Shown here: positions 62,037-64,000 of the stretch, piece by piece
Layout of the letters: the number at the start of each line of letters is the position of its first letter
How positions within the stretch are numbered: position 1 is the first letter of the stretch
NCBI GenBank assembly: GCA_963701295.1
Contig: OY969585.1
Span: 3,424,001-3,488,000, forward strand
Length of the DNA stretch: 64,000 nt
From: Ignavibacteriota bacterium
Lineage (GTDB): Bacteria; Bacteroidota; Ignavibacteria; UBA10030
Reading direction: 5' to 3'
The notes under the pieces: generated by a model
What the model was told of the DNA's origin: nothing
Seen by the model: only the letters and a program-made list of their open reading frames with translations
Databases searched by the model: none
Translations under genes and position numbers: made by a program

Positions 62037-62447
62037 TTAATCCTTTTCAGATCTATGTTGACGTTCAGAGATTACCTGTTTATACACTCTCAAAACGAGC
62101 GCAGGAAGTTGAGACATATCTGATTTCCCTTTAACAAAGTAATCCTTCGCGCCCCATTTCCATGCTTCAAGAGCAATCTCTTCAGATCCATGCCCAGTAA
62201 TAATAATGACCGGAGTTTCTATTTTCATTCCATACATCCATTGTAATACATTTAGGCCGCTTGTGCCGGGCATCTTATAATCAAGCAGCACCACGTCATA
62301 TTTATTTTTCTTCAACAGATCGATAGCGGCATCTCCCGTCTCGCAAGCCTCGGTTGTGTACCCATATGTTTTTAGGGTTTGTGTAAGAACAAGACGGTAG
62401 GTCGGTTCATCATCTACAATCAGTACATGCAACATTGGTTCTTCCAT
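62037..62447 (-). CDS. Single-domain response regulator (paralog of 61443-61862)
   Basis: IVDDE, LLDYKMPG, ITGHG; shares LQWMYG and KWGA with its neighbour. Confidence 0.9.
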   Translation of the reverse strand: MEEPMLHVLIVDDEPTYRLVLTQTLKTYGYTTEACETGDAAIDLLKKNKYDVVLLDYKMPGTSGLNVLQWMYGMKIETPVIIITGHGSEEIALEAWKWGAKDYFVKGKSDMSQLPALVLRVYKQVISERQHRSEKD

Positions 62448-63307
62448 GTAAGCTCCAAAAGAATATGAAAATAAATGACTAAATTAAGTTTAATAGATTG
62501 TTACATTGAAAGCAAGTAGAGAAAAATATTAAAAATAATATAGAGAGTCTGTGCACTCTGTCTCAACAACCTATGCAAGGGCATCCTCCATCTCAACTTT
62601 GTGTCTGATTTTCTTCTTTTTTCAATGGATTACAAAAATGTCCTTAGCCGTGCTAAAATACAGGATTTCTGATGATGCAGCTTGCGTTTCGAGTACATTT
62701 TCATCGCCAGTTAGTACGAATGTGAAAAGCTCATCAAGCTTTTGAATGCGACCCGCGGAGCAAGAAAAATCATTTGTATTGGAAAATTCTGTTATCATTT
62801 TTTCTCCCTCATCTCGCATAACAACGTAGCGTTTTTACGGACAAACTATATATTTATTTCCATCGAATAAAAGTGTCGGACGATGGTAATAATCCTTATT
62901 AAAAGATTGAATGTCGTAGTTGGTATCGTTATGACGCCGTTCTTATAAACGAGGCGAATGGCATCACAACATTTGCATAAAGGAACACTCTTCCGTTCTT
63001 GCGCGATATTAACTGTTTTTATTTCTTTTATCTGTTATCTGATAATTTTGTTCTTACCTCATTTATTGGGATGAACCTCTTATGCGTTAAGTGGTCAAGA
63101 GTGCAAAAAAACATTCACCAAAACCATTACGAAACTTATCATAAGAACTCTCCTAAAACAGATGCAACCTATCAGACTGGAAAATCAGATGCAATTCAAT
63201 GGCGCATAAGCAGCAAAGCATTACACTCTACTATAGAACAGACAGAGGCAACAAGAATTGTCGCCTCTGCATATCGATTTTACGATGTTCTAAATTTCAA
63301 TTTTAAC

Positions 63308-64000
63308 TTAAGTTGACGATGTCTCTTTTGGTGTTTTAGGCGCTTTCGGGAACAACCGAATGGCAAGAATCGGTATGAGAAGAACCCCGAGAAGAACAAG
63401 CATATAGATCAACCATGATGCCCCAGGCGAGACAATTGAACGCCACTTCTCTACTTTAGCTTCGATTTCTTTCCTTTGTGTGTCCGATATTTTGCTAAGC
63501 TCGGTGAGAGCCGGCAACCATGTTGCATTCAGATCGGTCAGCCAAAGATTTTCATGAAAGTTAGTAAAGAGTTTAAAGCGTGTATCGTTCGTTTCTTCAT
63601 TCGGATTCTGAATTTGTTCAGAAAGAAAGGTAATAAAGTTCGCACTGAACTCTTCACCATTCTTAAATTCTTTCACAAAAAAACCCTTCTCCTTGAACAA
63701 TGTATTCAGCGAACGCCACATCGCATCGTCAACTTTATCTCCCCACACAGCCAGCATCGAATCAACTGCGCTTACCTCGTACTTCTTTGCTTTTCCGCTC
63801 ACGTAGATCGAAGTGAGTTTCGGTGCAATTCCTGTCCACTGTGATTGGAATCGCTTTTGTTGTCGTACAAGTGCTACTAAATCGCTTCCTTTCAATTGTG
63901 TCGTTTCGAGGAATGTTACGTTATCAATGATGGAATGCTTCACATTGCCGACAATATCATGCCGCTCAATTTTACCTAACAATCCTTGTTTCTCAACATC
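63308..64000 (-). CDS. Hypothetical protein with C-terminal TM helix, start probably beyond the window
   Basis: Frame appears open to the window edge; C-terminal hydrophobic segment. Confidence 0.6.
   Translation of the reverse strand, partial: DVEKQGLLGKIERHDIVGNVKHSIIDNVTFLETTQLKGSDLVALVRQQKRFQSQWTGIAPKLTSIYVSGKAKKYEVSAVDSMLAVWGDKVDDAMWRSLNTLFKEKGFFVKEFKNGEEFSANFITFLSEQIQNPNEETNDTRFKLFTNFHENLWLTDLNATWLPALTELSKISDTQRKEIEAKVEKWRSIVSPGASWLIYMLVLLGVLLIPILAIRLFPKAPKTPKETSST

Noticed and set aside
62450-63300. Short ORFs or an ncRNA in the 62.5-63.3 kb gap
   Set aside because: No convincing motif, RBS or structure could be supported by eye.

Overview
Bacterial chromosome segment, most likely from an Ignavibacteria-like member of the FCB group. 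This is inferred from SprA/PorX, T9SS C-terminal domains of the 'NYPNPFNP..' type and canonical sigma70 promoters. The left flank (1-12.5 kb) carries a putative Na+/H+ antiporter, nuoM/L/K/J, an ABC exporter, asnS, a deoxynucleoside kinase, folK, folB, gltX and two tRNA-Ser genes. The right flank (38.9-64 kb) carries vanZ-like, yitJ-like and glmU-like genes, panC, accD, tsaB, tsaE, porX, sprA, a phosphorelay cluster and lptFG. Between them lies a ~26.3-kb island bounded by a 73-bp direct repeat of the 5' part of tRNA-Ser(TGA), with a phage-type tyrosine integrase and a decayed AAA_25-like helicase. The island holds three integron-like gene-cassette arrays with no integron integrase in the window. 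Their attC sites form one unusually long family (156-195 bp) with an atypical 8-nt L'-R' spacer. Two arrays start at attI-like sites, and the cassettes include multi-kb T9SS-secreted proteins. The island also has a repeated terminator+promoter module between single genes and about nine iteron-like inverted-repeat sites with a CTATAG-type core. Several single-base homopolymer frameshifts (gltX, sprA, integrase and others) are probably sequencing errors.
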